DNA from: Parcubacteria group bacterium
GTDB lineage: Bacteria > Patescibacteriota > Minisyncoccia > Moranbacterales > UBA11712
Reading direction: 5' to 3'
DNA: 64,000 nucleotides
Assembly: GCA_041659685.1 (NCBI GenBank)
Contig: JBAZXV010000001.1
Coordinates: forward strand, 24,226 to 88,225
Shown here one piece after another: positions 20,396 through 30,214 of this stretch. The translations under genes and the position numbers were made by a program. The first letter of the stretch is position 1, and the number at the start of each line of letters is the position of its first letter. The notes below the pieces were generated by a model that was given only the letters and a program-made list of their open reading frames with translations, was not told the DNA's origin and did not search any database.

Positions 20396-21772
20396 TTATC
20401 TGCTCATAAGCCTTTTTTGGAAAAACCTCCAGGTGTATTTGGCGGTGGTTGCGATTCCGTTTTTGCGAAGAGAATTGAAAAATTCTCCGGCGATATTTTT
20501 TGAGGTGACCGCGAGGGGAGCGAATTTTCCGCTGTCGGGTGATTTTTTCGGGTTCTTCAGCCATTCGCGGAAAATTTTTGTCGTCACTTCGGGGGTAAAA
20601 TTTTCCATGGCGTAATCATGGGATTTTTCCGCCATTTCCCTGATTGCTTCGCGATTTTCATAGGCGAAAATTATTTTTTTCACAAGGTCTTCGGCGTTGG
20701 ATACTTCATAGGAAAGGCCGAGACCGTTTTTTGCCACAATTTCGCTTATCTCCGAAAGCCTTGAGGTCAGGATCGGCATATTGAAATGCATCATGTCGTT
20801 TATCCGGTTTCGTCCGCCGATAAGCGTTTCATAATTATTTTTATCGCACACGATTCCCAGATCGCAATTTTGGTAATAATACGGAACATCATGGCTCGGC
20901 AGCCAGCCAAGGAAAATAAAATTATCCTTGAATTTGCTTTGATCCGCCATTTTCTTGAATCTGAGGAAGGTTTGATCATCGTGTCCCTTGATGATGCCGC
21001 CCGTCGAAATATATCGGATATCAGGATATATTTCCATGGCTTCTTCGAGACCCTGAAACAAGATATCGACATCTGCCCAGGTGTTATAGCCGCTGCTCCA
21101 AAAAATATTGAATTTTTCCTTGTCTATGGGGAATTTGGGGGATGAGCCTTTTCTTTCGGCGTTGCGGTCTTCCCGGAATACGGGATTGGGGATATATTCA
21201 ACGAAGTCATATCCGTTTGTGAGGCGGTTGAGCCTTCCGGTGACCGCCAGTTCCCCGATGACGGCGTATTTTTGGGGAAGGGAGATGGCGGAAATTTTGT
21301 CGGCCTGCATCACGATTTCCGACTCGTGGCGCCAGGACATTCGAATTATCTGATCGCTTTTTTCAATTGCGGCCCGCGACTGGGCTTCGGCCATGATATA
21401 CCCGTTAAGATCCGCCCAAAAAGGAATTTTCGGCTTCGCGAGCGCCGCGGCATAGGCCGGGAAGGTGTTGATTCCGGCAATCGCCGAGTATTCTTCCCCG
21501 AGTCTCTTTTTCTGCAGTACTTTATTCGAAATTATCTCTTTTTCCGTATAGTAAAAAAAGTTAACGTTTCCCCGGCTGAAATTTGCGGGTTTTTTTTCAT
21601 AGACATTCGGAAGCATCATCAAATAAACGTCGACTTTGAAGTCCGATTGTTTTGTCAGGGGTTCGGCGAACTGCCAGGTCCTTGTTCCGGCCGCGAAATT
21701 TTTGGAGGTGTTTTCGAAGGGCAGGGGAGCGTTTCCGACAATTAGTATTTTTTTGTTTGCATGGCTAGGCAT
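20396..21772 (-). CDS. Glycosyltransferase family 4 (GT-B)
   Basis: AAGTRTWQFA, W.SGYNTWAD, FLGWLP, RNRINDMM..NMPILTS and a GT-B C-terminal helix pattern. Confidence 0.75.
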   Translation of the reverse strand: MPSHANKKILIVGNAPLPFENTSKNFAAGTRTWQFAEPLTKQSDFKVDVYLMMLPNVYEKKPANFSRGNVNFFYYTEKEIISNKVLQKKRLGEEYSAIAGINTFPAYAAALAKPKIPFWADLNGYIMAEAQSRAAIEKSDQIIRMSWRHESEIVMQADKISAISLPQKYAVIGELAVTGRLNRLTNGYDFVEYIPNPVFREDRNAERKGSSPKFPIDKEKFNIFWSSGYNTWADVDILFQGLEEAMEIYPDIRYISTGGIIKGHDDQTFLRFKKMADQSKFKDNFIFLGWLPSHDVPYYYQNCDLGIVCDKNNYETLIGGRNRINDMMHFNMPILTSRLSEISEIVAKNGLGLSYEVSNAEDLVKKIIFAYENREAIREMAEKSHDYAMENFTPEVTTKIFREWLKNPKKSPDSGKFAPLAVTSKNIAGEFFNSLRKNGIATTAKYTWRFFQKRLMSR

Positions 21773-22751
21773 AATATTTGAAATACCGATAATATAGTAT
21801 GTTGGGCAATTTGAATAAAGTCAAAAAATAAGCTTTGAGCAGGGCTTTTAATTCGCGATTGTCTTTTTTCTTTGATTCGAGGATGTTTTTCCCGGCGGCA
21901 GTTTCTTTTTGGCGCGGCAGCAAATTAACTTTTTTGACAAAATTATTCAGGAGCCATTTTATCTCAAACGGAATGGCCGAAAAAAATATTCGGCCGGCCG
22001 GAAAGTTTTTCAGGACATATCTCCAGCGGTGCTTATGGAACCAATGGTAATAATTATATGAAAAAAGGCCGATGACCCGGCTTTCCAGATGAATGATGGA
22101 AGATTCCGGAAAATAAATCACCCTGTATCCCAAATTTTTTGTTTTGAGGCAAAGTTCCGTTTCTTCGTAATAACCGGGAAAATAATTTTCGTCGAATCCA
22201 AGGCATTTTTCGTATATTTTTTTCCTTATGGCGAGACAGGCGCCGGTCACATAATCAACTTCTTTTTCTTCATCCCATTGTCCGTTGTCCTCTTCTCCGT
22301 ATCCGAAGTGGTGGGCGAATCCGGCTCCTTCCACCCAGCCGCCGGCGGCTTGGATTGTTTTTTCGTCTTCATATAGGATCTTGGGGCCTAATACGCCCGT
22401 TTTATCGTCTTTTTCAAATTTTGAAACAATCGGGGCCAGCCAACCGGGCCGGGTGAGCGTGTCAGGATTGAGAAATATTAAAAGCTCTCCTTCGGCCTGA
22501 GCGGTCCCCAGATTGCAGCCTCCGCCAAATCCGAGATTCTTGTTCGATTTTATAAGCTTTATTTTTAATCTTAGGTTATCGTCCGGGCTTTGCAGATATT
22601 TTTCAATGACTTCGAGCGTTTTGTCCGTGCTTTTATTTTCAACCAAAATAATTTCCCAATTATCTCCGGGGGTGGTTTCAAAGACCGAGTCCAGCGCGCG
22701 GACAATGTCTTTCTCGGAGTTGTAAGCAACAATGATAATGGATGTCTTCAT
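21765..22751 (-). CDS. Glycosyltransferase family 2 (rhamnosyltransferase-like)
   Basis: IIIVAYNS, NLGFGGGCN, FLNPDT, VTGAC and YYEETELC motifs. Confidence 0.88.
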   Translation of the reverse strand: MKTSIIIVAYNSEKDIVRALDSVFETTPGDNWEIILVENKSTDKTLEVIEKYLQSPDDNLRLKIKLIKSNKNLGFGGGCNLGTAQAEGELLIFLNPDTLTRPGWLAPIVSKFEKDDKTGVLGPKILYEDEKTIQAAGGWVEGAGFAHHFGYGEEDNGQWDEEKEVDYVTGACLAIRKKIYEKCLGFDENYFPGYYEETELCLKTKNLGYRVIYFPESSIIHLESRVIGLFSYNYYHWFHKHRWRYVLKNFPAGRIFFSAIPFEIKWLLNNFVKKVNLLPRQKETAAGKNILESKKKDNRELKALLKAYFLTLFKLPNILYYRYFKYYA

Positions 22752-22850
22752 TTCTTGGGAGTCTCCCTGTTATTTTTAATATGCGCGATTTTGATTCCCT
22801 CGCTGTCCGGAAAATTTAATTTTTAAACTTAAGCCTTGGAAATATCCGCC

Positions 22851-23825
22851 TTATTCGTCAATTTTCTGCTCCCACTGCCAGGCGTCGCGGATAATTTCTT
22901 CAAGGCTGCGCGTGGCCTTCCAGCCCAAAATGTTCCGGATTTTTTGGCTGCTGGCGACAAGAGAAGTTGGATCTCCCGGACGCCGGTCAGCTTCTTCTGT
23001 CCTGAAATCAATGCCGGAGATTTCTTTGCATTTCGTGATTACTTCCCTGACCGAATATCCGTTTTCGCTTCCCAGATTGAATCTTTCGGAACCGTTTCCT
23101 TTTTCGAGGTAATCAAGCGCCATCAGGTGGGCGTCAATCAGGTCTTCCACGTGGATATAATCCCGGATGCAGGTTCCGTCCGGAGTCGCGTAATCCGTGC
23201 CGAAAATCCGAATTGATTCGCGCGAGCCTTTGGCGGCTTTGAGCGCGAGCGGGATGAGATGGGTTTCCGGACTATGCATTTCTCCGAAATTTCCTTCCGG
23301 ATCCGCTCCGGCCGCGTTAAAATAGCGAAGGCAGACTGACCTCAGTCCGTAAGCCCGGTCATAGGTATCCAGGATATTTTCGACGGCTAGTTTCGACCGG
23401 CCGTAGGGATTGGTTGGATTTTTCGGATCACTTTCTTCTATCGGGGTCTTTTCCGGTTCTCCGAAGATGGCGGCAGTCGAACTGAAGACGATCTTTTTTA
23501 CGTTGCTTGCGAGCATGGCCCGGAAAAGTCCGAGACTGCCGCAGATATTGTTTGTGAAATATTTTTGCGGATTTTCCACCGATTCTCCGACAAGAGAGAA
23601 AGCCGCAAAATGAATCGCGGCATCTATTTTCCTGTCCGCAAAAACCGCTTCGATGTCCCTGGGATTCAGAAGATCGCCTCTCACAAATTCGGCGCCTTTA
23701 TTGATCAATCTTTCAAATCCGGTGGAAAGATTATCGAATATGACCACTTCGTGATTCTTGGCCAAAAGTTTTTTGACAGCGATCGAACCGATGAATCCGG
23801 CTCCCCCTGTGACGAGGATTTTCAT
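22851..23825 (-). CDS. galE: UDP-glucose 4-epimerase
   Basis: TGGAGFIGS, HFAAFSLVGES, FSSTAA, NPYGRSK, LRYFNAAGA, ETHLIP, DGTCIRDYIHV and RRPGDP motifs. Confidence 0.92.
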   Translation of the reverse strand: MKILVTGGAGFIGSIAVKKLLAKNHEVVIFDNLSTGFERLINKGAEFVRGDLLNPRDIEAVFADRKIDAAIHFAAFSLVGESVENPQKYFTNNICGSLGLFRAMLASNVKKIVFSSTAAIFGEPEKTPIEESDPKNPTNPYGRSKLAVENILDTYDRAYGLRSVCLRYFNAAGADPEGNFGEMHSPETHLIPLALKAAKGSRESIRIFGTDYATPDGTCIRDYIHVEDLIDAHLMALDYLEKGNGSERFNLGSENGYSVREVITKCKEISGIDFRTEEADRRPGDPTSLVASSQKIRNILGWKATRSLEEIIRDAWQWEQKIDE

Positions 23826-23979
23826 AAAATTAGTCTTAAGCAATAAAATAACAAAGAGGAGTTTTTATCCTTTCAGCGCTAATTTGATATTAGCCTTTTT
23901 TTTCGAAAATTTCAAATAAAATCATCCTCAGCTTTTTAAAAAAGATAACCATCTTCCGGGACAAAAGCGATTGGGCGTC

Positions 23980-24000
23980 AAAAAACCGGCCCGTGGCCGG
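23980..24000 (-). terminator. Putative intrinsic terminator after the histidine kinase
   Basis: Minus strand reads CCGGCC-ACG-GGCCGG followed by a T run. Confidence 0.45.
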
Positions 24001-24100
24001 AATTCCTCGCGGTTTTCGGGCGATTTTTTTCTCCAGATTTGCGATGCGATATTTGAGATTATTGCAGGCGGTTCTGTTGACTTTTTCGTTCAGTCCGGCA

Positions 24101-25474
24101 TCAATTTCCTTCTGCAATCGGAAAAGAAACCGTAAATCTTGAACCGACCCCCTCGATGCTTTCAAGCCCGATTGTCCCGTTCATTTTCTCAATCAGCTCT
24201 TTTGTTATCCATAATCCGAGGCCGGTGCCGGGGATGGCAGAAGTTTCTTTTGTCCGGGCCCGATAAAATTTCTGGAATAATTTTTTCTGGTTTTCGGCGG
24301 AAATTCCCAGTCCCGTATCGGAAATGATAATGTCGATTTGCTTCCGTTTTGTTTTTGCTGTTATTTCTATTTTTCCCTTCGGCGTATATTTGATGGCGTT
24401 ACTGATGAGATTTATGAAAACCTGCTTCAGGCGTTCCTGATCGGCCCGGACGCGCGGAAGCGGCGCTTCGCTGTAGGTAATTTCCAGATTTTTTTCCTGC
24501 GCCTTGGGTTCCATTTCGGTGATGCCGGATTTGATTGCCGAAGCGAGGTCGATAATTTTCATCTCAAACGGGATCCGGTTTTGCTCAAGACGGGAAACTT
24601 CCAAAAGATCACTGACGAGATTATCGAGACGGTCTACTGATGTTTCAAGATTGTCGATATAATGTTTTCCTTCTTCGGTAACGTGCGCAACCTCTTTTTC
24701 CTTAAGGAATTCCAGGTATCCCCGCATGGCAGTGAGGGGGGAACGGAGTTCATGGCTGGCGATCGAAATAAAATTATCCTTCATTTCGTCCACTTCCTTG
24801 AGTTTTGCGAGCCGTACGGCGTATCGGAACATCCGGGCGTGATTGATGACAAAAACCAAAACCAGAAGAATTGTGACAAAAAGAATGAGATATGATCTCA
24901 GGAAAGCCTGGGATATCATGTTGTCGGTTTTCTGCATGGAAAAACTCAGAGAAAGAAGCCCGATCCGGCTGTTCAGGTCGTCATGGAAAACCTTTTCAAT
25001 TTTCAGGACTCTTGCGCCGCCAATATCCTCAAAATGGGAAGTCCCCTCCGGCTGGCTCCAGGCGACGGTTTTATAGAAATCCTCGGAAACTTTTTGGCCG
25101 ACCTGATCCGGAGCAAAAGAGGCGATTACGTCATATGTTTCGCGTTTTTCGTCGCTTGGCATCAGGATTTCCAGGTCCGCAATTTCGTCTTCCCGCTCCT
25201 TTATTTCATTGATTTTTTTCTCCAGCGATTCGGGGTTGTTCAGAAGATCGCCGTCTATCATGGCATCGAGTGTGTTTTCCACCATAGCCGCCTTTCTCAT
25301 GAATTCTATTCCCGCATTTTTCTCGTAAGTATTGAGGAGAATATACGTATTGAAATACAGAGCTAACGGCATAAAAACCATCAGCGCGAGAGAGAGGATT
25401 ATGGAAGGATTTTTTCTGATAAAATTCAGGGCAACGAAAAAAAATGAAGAGGATTTTTGCGGAGCGTTATCCAT
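24101..25474 (-). CDS. Membrane sensor histidine kinase (HisKA + HATPase_c)
   Basis: Two TMs flanking an extracytoplasmic domain; H-box ASHELRSPL, N-box NLISNAIKY, DTGLGI, FQKFYR and GTGLGL. Confidence 0.92.
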   Translation of the reverse strand: MDNAPQKSSSFFFVALNFIRKNPSIILSLALMVFMPLALYFNTYILLNTYEKNAGIEFMRKAAMVENTLDAMIDGDLLNNPESLEKKINEIKEREDEIADLEILMPSDEKRETYDVIASFAPDQVGQKVSEDFYKTVAWSQPEGTSHFEDIGGARVLKIEKVFHDDLNSRIGLLSLSFSMQKTDNMISQAFLRSYLILFVTILLVLVFVINHARMFRYAVRLAKLKEVDEMKDNFISIASHELRSPLTAMRGYLEFLKEKEVAHVTEEGKHYIDNLETSVDRLDNLVSDLLEVSRLEQNRIPFEMKIIDLASAIKSGITEMEPKAQEKNLEITYSEAPLPRVRADQERLKQVFINLISNAIKYTPKGKIEITAKTKRKQIDIIISDTGLGISAENQKKLFQKFYRARTKETSAIPGTGLGLWITKELIEKMNGTIGLESIEGVGSRFTVSFPIAEGN

Positions 25475-25504
25475 ACGTGAAATCGATTTATTTATTGAGC
25501 CGGA

Positions 25505-27262
25505 CTATTTATCAATCAGATAGTCCTTTTTTGTAACCGGTTCTGCTTTTGTCTGATGGTGATGATAGATCAGGTAAAGCCCGATTGACGCAACGGCTGT
25601 GAACAGGGAAATAATAATCAAGATGCCGATTGCGGCTGTCCTTCTTGTTTTTGAGGCTGCCATCGGCGACTGAGTTGCAAGCGTGTTTTGGGCGGCAAGA
25701 TCCTGTTCGGCCGCTTTTGTGGCTGCCTGGGCGGTCTTAACAAAGATAAAGGGTTCGCTTTTGGCCGTAATGTGCCCTTCGTTGTCAGTAATGGCGACAT
25801 AGGCCTCATGCGTTCCGTTTTCGAAATCTTTGTCCATTGAATAAGTCCAGTTGCCGTTCTTATCCGTCATTACGGTTACGATAGTCGGCGTTTCGCTATA
25901 AATATAAATCGTGACAAAGCTGTTCGGAAGGCCCTTTCCCTTGAGTCGGATTGCTTTGCCGGCGCCGCCTGATGCTTCATCGGCGTTGTCCGAAGATTTT
26001 GAAATCATTCCGACCGATTCTATTTTCACGAGGTCTTTCTTCACCTCGCCTTTTTCCTTCGGACTTTCAAAGACGATCTTATCTTCGTCATCTTCGGAAG
26101 CCTTTGCGGGATTGAATCCTTTTTTGATCTCATCGCCGTCCAGATAGCCGTCTTTGTCGGTGTCGGCGGAATTTGGATTAGTGCTGATTCTCTCTTCTTC
26201 GTCGTTTGAAACGCCGTCCTGGTCGTTATCGAGGCTCTGGGGGAGGGCTCCGGCGACAGTCGCGTTTTCCGAAACGCCGCCGGTGATATTTTTCCTGCTT
26301 TCCTGTTCCCGGCTTCTCGTTTCGATTGTCTCCTTCACTTTTTCCGCTTCTTGAGAAGCAACTTTGGCGGACTGTTTTTTGTCTGCGCTGTTTGGCGCCG
26401 CCGCGTTATCTTTCGAGGCGGAAGCCGGGGCAGACTCTTTTGAGGAATCGGAGGAGGAAGTTATTTTGGCGGCTTCATTGCTGATCTTTACGGAAACCCC
26501 CGAGCTTTCATAGGAGCCGTAATTATTGCTTATTTTTGCGGTTAATTCATATTCTCCGTTGGGGATGTCCGATGTTTGAATTTCGCATTTCCAGCTGTCT
26601 CCGCTGGAATTTTTTGCCTTGCAAAGGAATTGGCTGGTCAGTGATCCGCTTTTGACGAGATAAAACTCCACTCCGAGGGCATTTTCAACTGAAGCGGCGA
26701 ATGTCTGTTTTCCTTTCAAGCTGACGCCTTTACTGGGAATTGAAAATTTCAAATTCGGAGATATGTTTGTCACTTTGCTTTCGCTTGCGGTGACGGTTGC
26801 GCTGGCGGCGCTGCTGCTGCCTGTGCCGGTGTCCTCATTTGTCCGGACGGCTTCATCAGGGACTGGCGATTCGGCCGGACTTTTGACGCTTGAAGAGTTT
26901 ATTGAAGCCGCGTCCACTTTTGTTTCTGTTGTTTCCGCGGCCGGCGCGCTTTCTTTTTTAAGAATAGTTTCTTCGGCAGCCGGGGGCGAGAGAGTCTCTT
27001 TGCTTACGCCGACAGAGGACACGCCGGCGTCGGTGTTGATAACGCTTGGGCTCAGTGACGCCCTGGTCAGGTTTTCGGCATAAGAACTGGGAACGCTGAA
27101 GAGATCCGGATAGACGCGAATAATGGCAAGAAGGCTGATTAAATAAAAAACAGTCAATGCGGCCATGGCCCATGGGATCAGTCTCAAATGCTGGCGGCTG
27201 GCTGTTTCCTTTTTTCGATTCACCGGCTTTAGAGCCGATTTTCTAATGGTTTTCTTTTTCAT
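25505..27262 (-). CDS. Cell-surface protein with Ser/Ala/Thr-rich linkers, Ig-like domains and DxDxDG calcium-binding repeats
   Basis: N-terminal and C-terminal TM helices; Ig-like beta segments (VEFYL...W...IPNGEY; LKGKGLPNS.VTIYIYS...DKNGNW); DNDQDG and DTDKDG motifs. Start ATG 27262 (27307 is an alternative). Confidence 0.7.
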   Translation of the reverse strand: MKKKTIRKSALKPVNRKKETASRQHLRLIPWAMAALTVFYLISLLAIIRVYPDLFSVPSSYAENLTRASLSPSVINTDAGVSSVGVSKETLSPPAAEETILKKESAPAAETTETKVDAASINSSSVKSPAESPVPDEAVRTNEDTGTGSSSAASATVTASESKVTNISPNLKFSIPSKGVSLKGKQTFAASVENALGVEFYLVKSGSLTSQFLCKAKNSSGDSWKCEIQTSDIPNGEYELTAKISNNYGSYESSGVSVKISNEAAKITSSSDSSKESAPASASKDNAAAPNSADKKQSAKVASQEAEKVKETIETRSREQESRKNITGGVSENATVAGALPQSLDNDQDGVSNDEEERISTNPNSADTDKDGYLDGDEIKKGFNPAKASEDDEDKIVFESPKEKGEVKKDLVKIESVGMISKSSDNADEASGGAGKAIRLKGKGLPNSFVTIYIYSETPTIVTVMTDKNGNWTYSMDKDFENGTHEAYVAITDNEGHITAKSEPFIFVKTAQAATKAAEQDLAAQNTLATQSPMAASKTRRTAAIGILIIISLFTAVASIGLYLIYHHHQTKAEPVTKKDYLIDK

Positions 27263-27365
27263 TTTTGTGTCTGCCCGCCGGCCTTTTGAGGGAAATTCGG
27301 CCGTCATGGATTTTAAAAGGCGGCGGGAAATTGGTTAAGCTATTTTTTGCAATTATAACATATTT

Positions 27366-29120
27366 TTATTTAATTTTCCAAATGCCTGCAAGAGAAGTTG
27401 ACTTGATATTCATCGCCAGATCCAAAAAACCTTTCGACGGTTCGTAATAGTTGTTTTCAATAGTGACCGTGTCAAAAGATTTTTTTGCGATCAGGTTATA
27501 ATACCAGGATTTTCTCTCCGCCGGCGGAGCGATGAGATAAATATGCTCGTAGCGCGATTGGTCGATGGTTTCAAGGTCGTCAGCGTTAAAGAAATAAACG
27601 GCGTTCTTTCCATATATCGACGACAGGGGTTCGCTCATAAGGGACCAGCCGCTGTCTGTTGCCATCCGGTCGACCAGGACAAGATCTCGGGAGCCGAATC
27701 TTTCGGATATTTTTTCAATTTGAGGAAGAAGCTCCTTGTTTTCCGGTCTTGTTATGAAGGCGCAGCTCAAAAAGGCATTGGCGGCGGCCAGGGTCAAAAA
27801 AGCGCAGTAAAGAAGCTTTTTATTATGGAAAAACCTGTTCAAGAAATATATCGAGTAAAATATCAGGGCGGGAAAAGCGGCGAAAGCGAAGCGGCGCAGC
27901 ATCCACGGATCGTCGAGAGAAATCATAGGGGAGATGAAATAAAAAAAAGTCGGGAAAGTGATAAATATTGGAATAAATTCCGGTTTTAACCGGCTCTTCT
28001 TAGCGTCCTTTAGGAGCCAGATAATTCCGGCAAAGCCCAGGAAAAGATACGCTAAAATATTATAATTAAAAAATATTCTTATGAGGTGCGGATATGAATT
28101 TGAGGACAGGGCGGAGTCCTGGGCGGAGTTTGGAAGGAACGCTTTAATAATATTTTTGGCGCTGTCGAAAAGGGCGGGGAAATCGAGGAATACGTATACT
28201 ATCAATAGCAGTAAAGCCGAAAAAAAGGTATATTTGAAGAAATTTTTTGGAAGCGAGATTATCTTTTTTTTGCTGAAAATAAACAGGCAGCCGATTGCCA
28301 GCAGGAAAAAGGCGATTCCTTCAATGCGGACAAGGGCGGAAAGGCCGAAAGCGGACAGGGCGACAATAATTTTCAGGGATGAATTTTTTGAGGCCGGATC
28401 CCTGAGGGAAGCAATGAGGAAATAAACTCCTGTCCAGATGAGGAAAAGAGAAGAAATTTCCGTGAGGGTATATTTTGTAAACCAGAGAAACGGGAAAAAG
28501 GCCGCGGCAAGAAGGAATCCGAGGAAAGAGATTTTTTTCGGGAAAAATTCTTCAAGGATGAGCCAAAAGACAGCCAAAAAAAGAAAGAGAAAAGGCAGGT
28601 TGGAATATTGTATTCCCGGCAGTCCGAAGACAGCATAGGCCGCGGCAAGGTATGACGTGTATCCGACTGGAAAACGGGACAGCAGCTGGCCGTTCTTTGT
28701 ATAATCGAATCCCGGATAATTGAGCGATTTGCCGGCTCCGTATTTTTGAAAAAGATCGCGGGAAAGAGGAGTTTCGAATTTCAATTCATGATTTTTGGAG
28801 AGGTTTATGGCCGCGGTGGAAATTGCCCCCTGATCGCGTCCGCCAAAAACAGTGGGAACGGAAAAATAGCCGGTTATGAGACTTGCCGCAAAAGCGGTAA
28901 AAAGAACCAAAATAATCATTTTTCCGGATTCTTTCGCTTTTTTGATTATTAGATTATGGCTTATATAAAGCGAAATAATAACCCCTATGACGATTGACAA
29001 AATGACTGTTTCACGGTAAAATAAACCGATTGCTGAAAACAGCAGGATGAGCCAGCCAAAGGCTAAAAAGAAGATAATGATGCGAAAAAATATGTTTCTG
29101 ATTACGGATTCAAAATTCAT
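27366..29120 (-). CDS. Multi-pass membrane protein, probable GT-C glycosyltransferase
   Basis: GGRDQG, RFPVGY, LTE, RIEG and PWMLRRF motifs with more than 10 TM helices. Confidence 0.6.
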   Translation of the reverse strand: MNFESVIRNIFFRIIIFFLAFGWLILLFSAIGLFYRETVILSIVIGVIISLYISHNLIIKKAKESGKMIILVLFTAFAASLITGYFSVPTVFGGRDQGAISTAAINLSKNHELKFETPLSRDLFQKYGAGKSLNYPGFDYTKNGQLLSRFPVGYTSYLAAAYAVFGLPGIQYSNLPFLFLFLAVFWLILEEFFPKKISFLGFLLAAAFFPFLWFTKYTLTEISSLFLIWTGVYFLIASLRDPASKNSSLKIIVALSAFGLSALVRIEGIAFFLLAIGCLFIFSKKKIISLPKNFFKYTFFSALLLLIVYVFLDFPALFDSAKNIIKAFLPNSAQDSALSSNSYPHLIRIFFNYNILAYLFLGFAGIIWLLKDAKKSRLKPEFIPIFITFPTFFYFISPMISLDDPWMLRRFAFAAFPALIFYSIYFLNRFFHNKKLLYCAFLTLAAANAFLSCAFITRPENKELLPQIEKISERFGSRDLVLVDRMATDSGWSLMSEPLSSIYGKNAVYFFNADDLETIDQSRYEHIYLIAPPAERKSWYYNLIAKKSFDTVTIENNYYEPSKGFLDLAMNIKSTSLAGIWKIK

Positions 29121-29127
29121 AACTATT

Positions 29128-29156
29128 TTGCTAAAAACTTATTTTTAGATTACCAT
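29128..29156 (+). promoter_or_regulatory. Putative sigma70 promoter (leaderless-type) for the GT2 at 29163
   Basis: TTGCTA-17 bp-TACCAT with 6 nt to the ATG. Confidence 0.45.
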
Positions 29157-29162
29157 AAAAAT

Positions 29163-30176
29163 ATGAGCGACGCCACACAACCCAGCGCGGAAAAAACAGA
29201 TTCCTGCGGCCAAAAATCAGGACCTGGCGCTTTTATGCCGGGCGGCAAGCCGCATCTTTCAGTTATTGTTCCGCTTTATAACGAAGAGGGGAATGTTGGG
29301 GAATTGCACAAAAAAACCGTCGAAGCGCTGAATGATTTGGGCGAGCCTTTTGAAATTTTATTTATCGATGATGGAAGCACGGACAAAACCAATGAGCTCT
29401 GCCGCGTGTTAAATCCGCTGAAACTCATCACCTTTCGCAAAAATTTTGGACAGACAGCGGCCTTCGATGCGGGAATAAAAAATTCCGGCGGGGAAATAAT
29501 CGTCACTATGGACGGCGATCTTCAGAATGATCCGGCGGACATAAAGCTGCTGCTTGAAAAAATGAATGAGGGATATGACGTTGTTTCCGGCTGGAGAAAG
29601 AAAAGGAAAGATCCTGTCATGAAAAACATTTCTTCCCGCGCCGCCAATTTGGCCAGGAAATTTTTAATTGACGACGGAATCCATGACAGCGGATGCAGTC
29701 TGAAAGCCTACCGCCGGGAATGCTTTGAGGATGTGGATCTTTTTGGAGAGATGCATCGCTTTATACCCGCAACACTGAAAGTTCAGGGGTTCAGACTCGC
29801 TGAGGTTCCCGTAAGCCACCATCCGCGTAAATTCGGGGTCACGAAATATAACTGGAGGCGGGGAGTCAAGGGTTTCGTTGACATGATTTCCGTTTGGTTC
29901 TGGAAAAAATATGCCAACCGGCCCCTGCATCTTTTCGGAGCGGGCGGATTGGGGATTTTTTTCTTAGGCATCCTGTCCGGATTGGCTCTTGTTGTTGCTC
30001 GGGTTTTTTATGCCGTGCCGATGTCAAACAAGATTTGGCCTCTTATTGCCATCTTTTTGGTCCTTATGGGCATCCAACTTTTCATTTTCGGGCTTCTGGC
30101 CGATATCGCCGTCAAAAATTATTACAAGGCGCAGGGAAAGATGAATTATAAAATAAAAAATATCATTGAACATTGA
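29163..30176 (+). CDS. Undecaprenyl-phosphate glycosyltransferase (ArnC/GtrB-like GT2)
   Basis: VPLYNEE, DDGSTD, NFGQTAA, MDGDLQNDP, SGWR, DSGCSLKAY and GEMHRF, plus two C-terminal TMs. Confidence 0.9.
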   Translation: MSDATQPSAEKTDSCGQKSGPGAFMPGGKPHLSVIVPLYNEEGNVGELHKKTVEALNDLGEPFEILFIDDGSTDKTNELCRVLNPLKLITFRKNFGQTAAFDAGIKNSGGEIIVTMDGDLQNDPADIKLLLEKMNEGYDVVSGWRKKRKDPVMKNISSRAANLARKFLIDDGIHDSGCSLKAYRRECFEDVDLFGEMHRFIPATLKVQGFRLAEVPVSHHPRKFGVTKYNWRRGVKGFVDMISVWFWKKYANRPLHLFGAGGLGIFFLGILSGLALVVARVFYAVPMSNKIWPLIAIFLVLMGIQLFIFGLLADIAVKNYYKAQGKMNYKIKNIIEH

Positions 30177-30214
30177 CCATCAGTCATTGATCAATGTTTA
30201 ATATTTGATGATTA

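Noticed and set aside
20358-20564. N-terminal extension of the GT2 ORF 19638-20564
   Set aside because: It overlaps the upstream GT4 in another frame; the GT2 domain starts right after ATG 20357.
23890-24165. 91-aa minus-strand ORF after the histidine kinase
   Set aside because: It overlaps the kinase 3' end, spans a terminator-like hairpin and has no recognisable motif.
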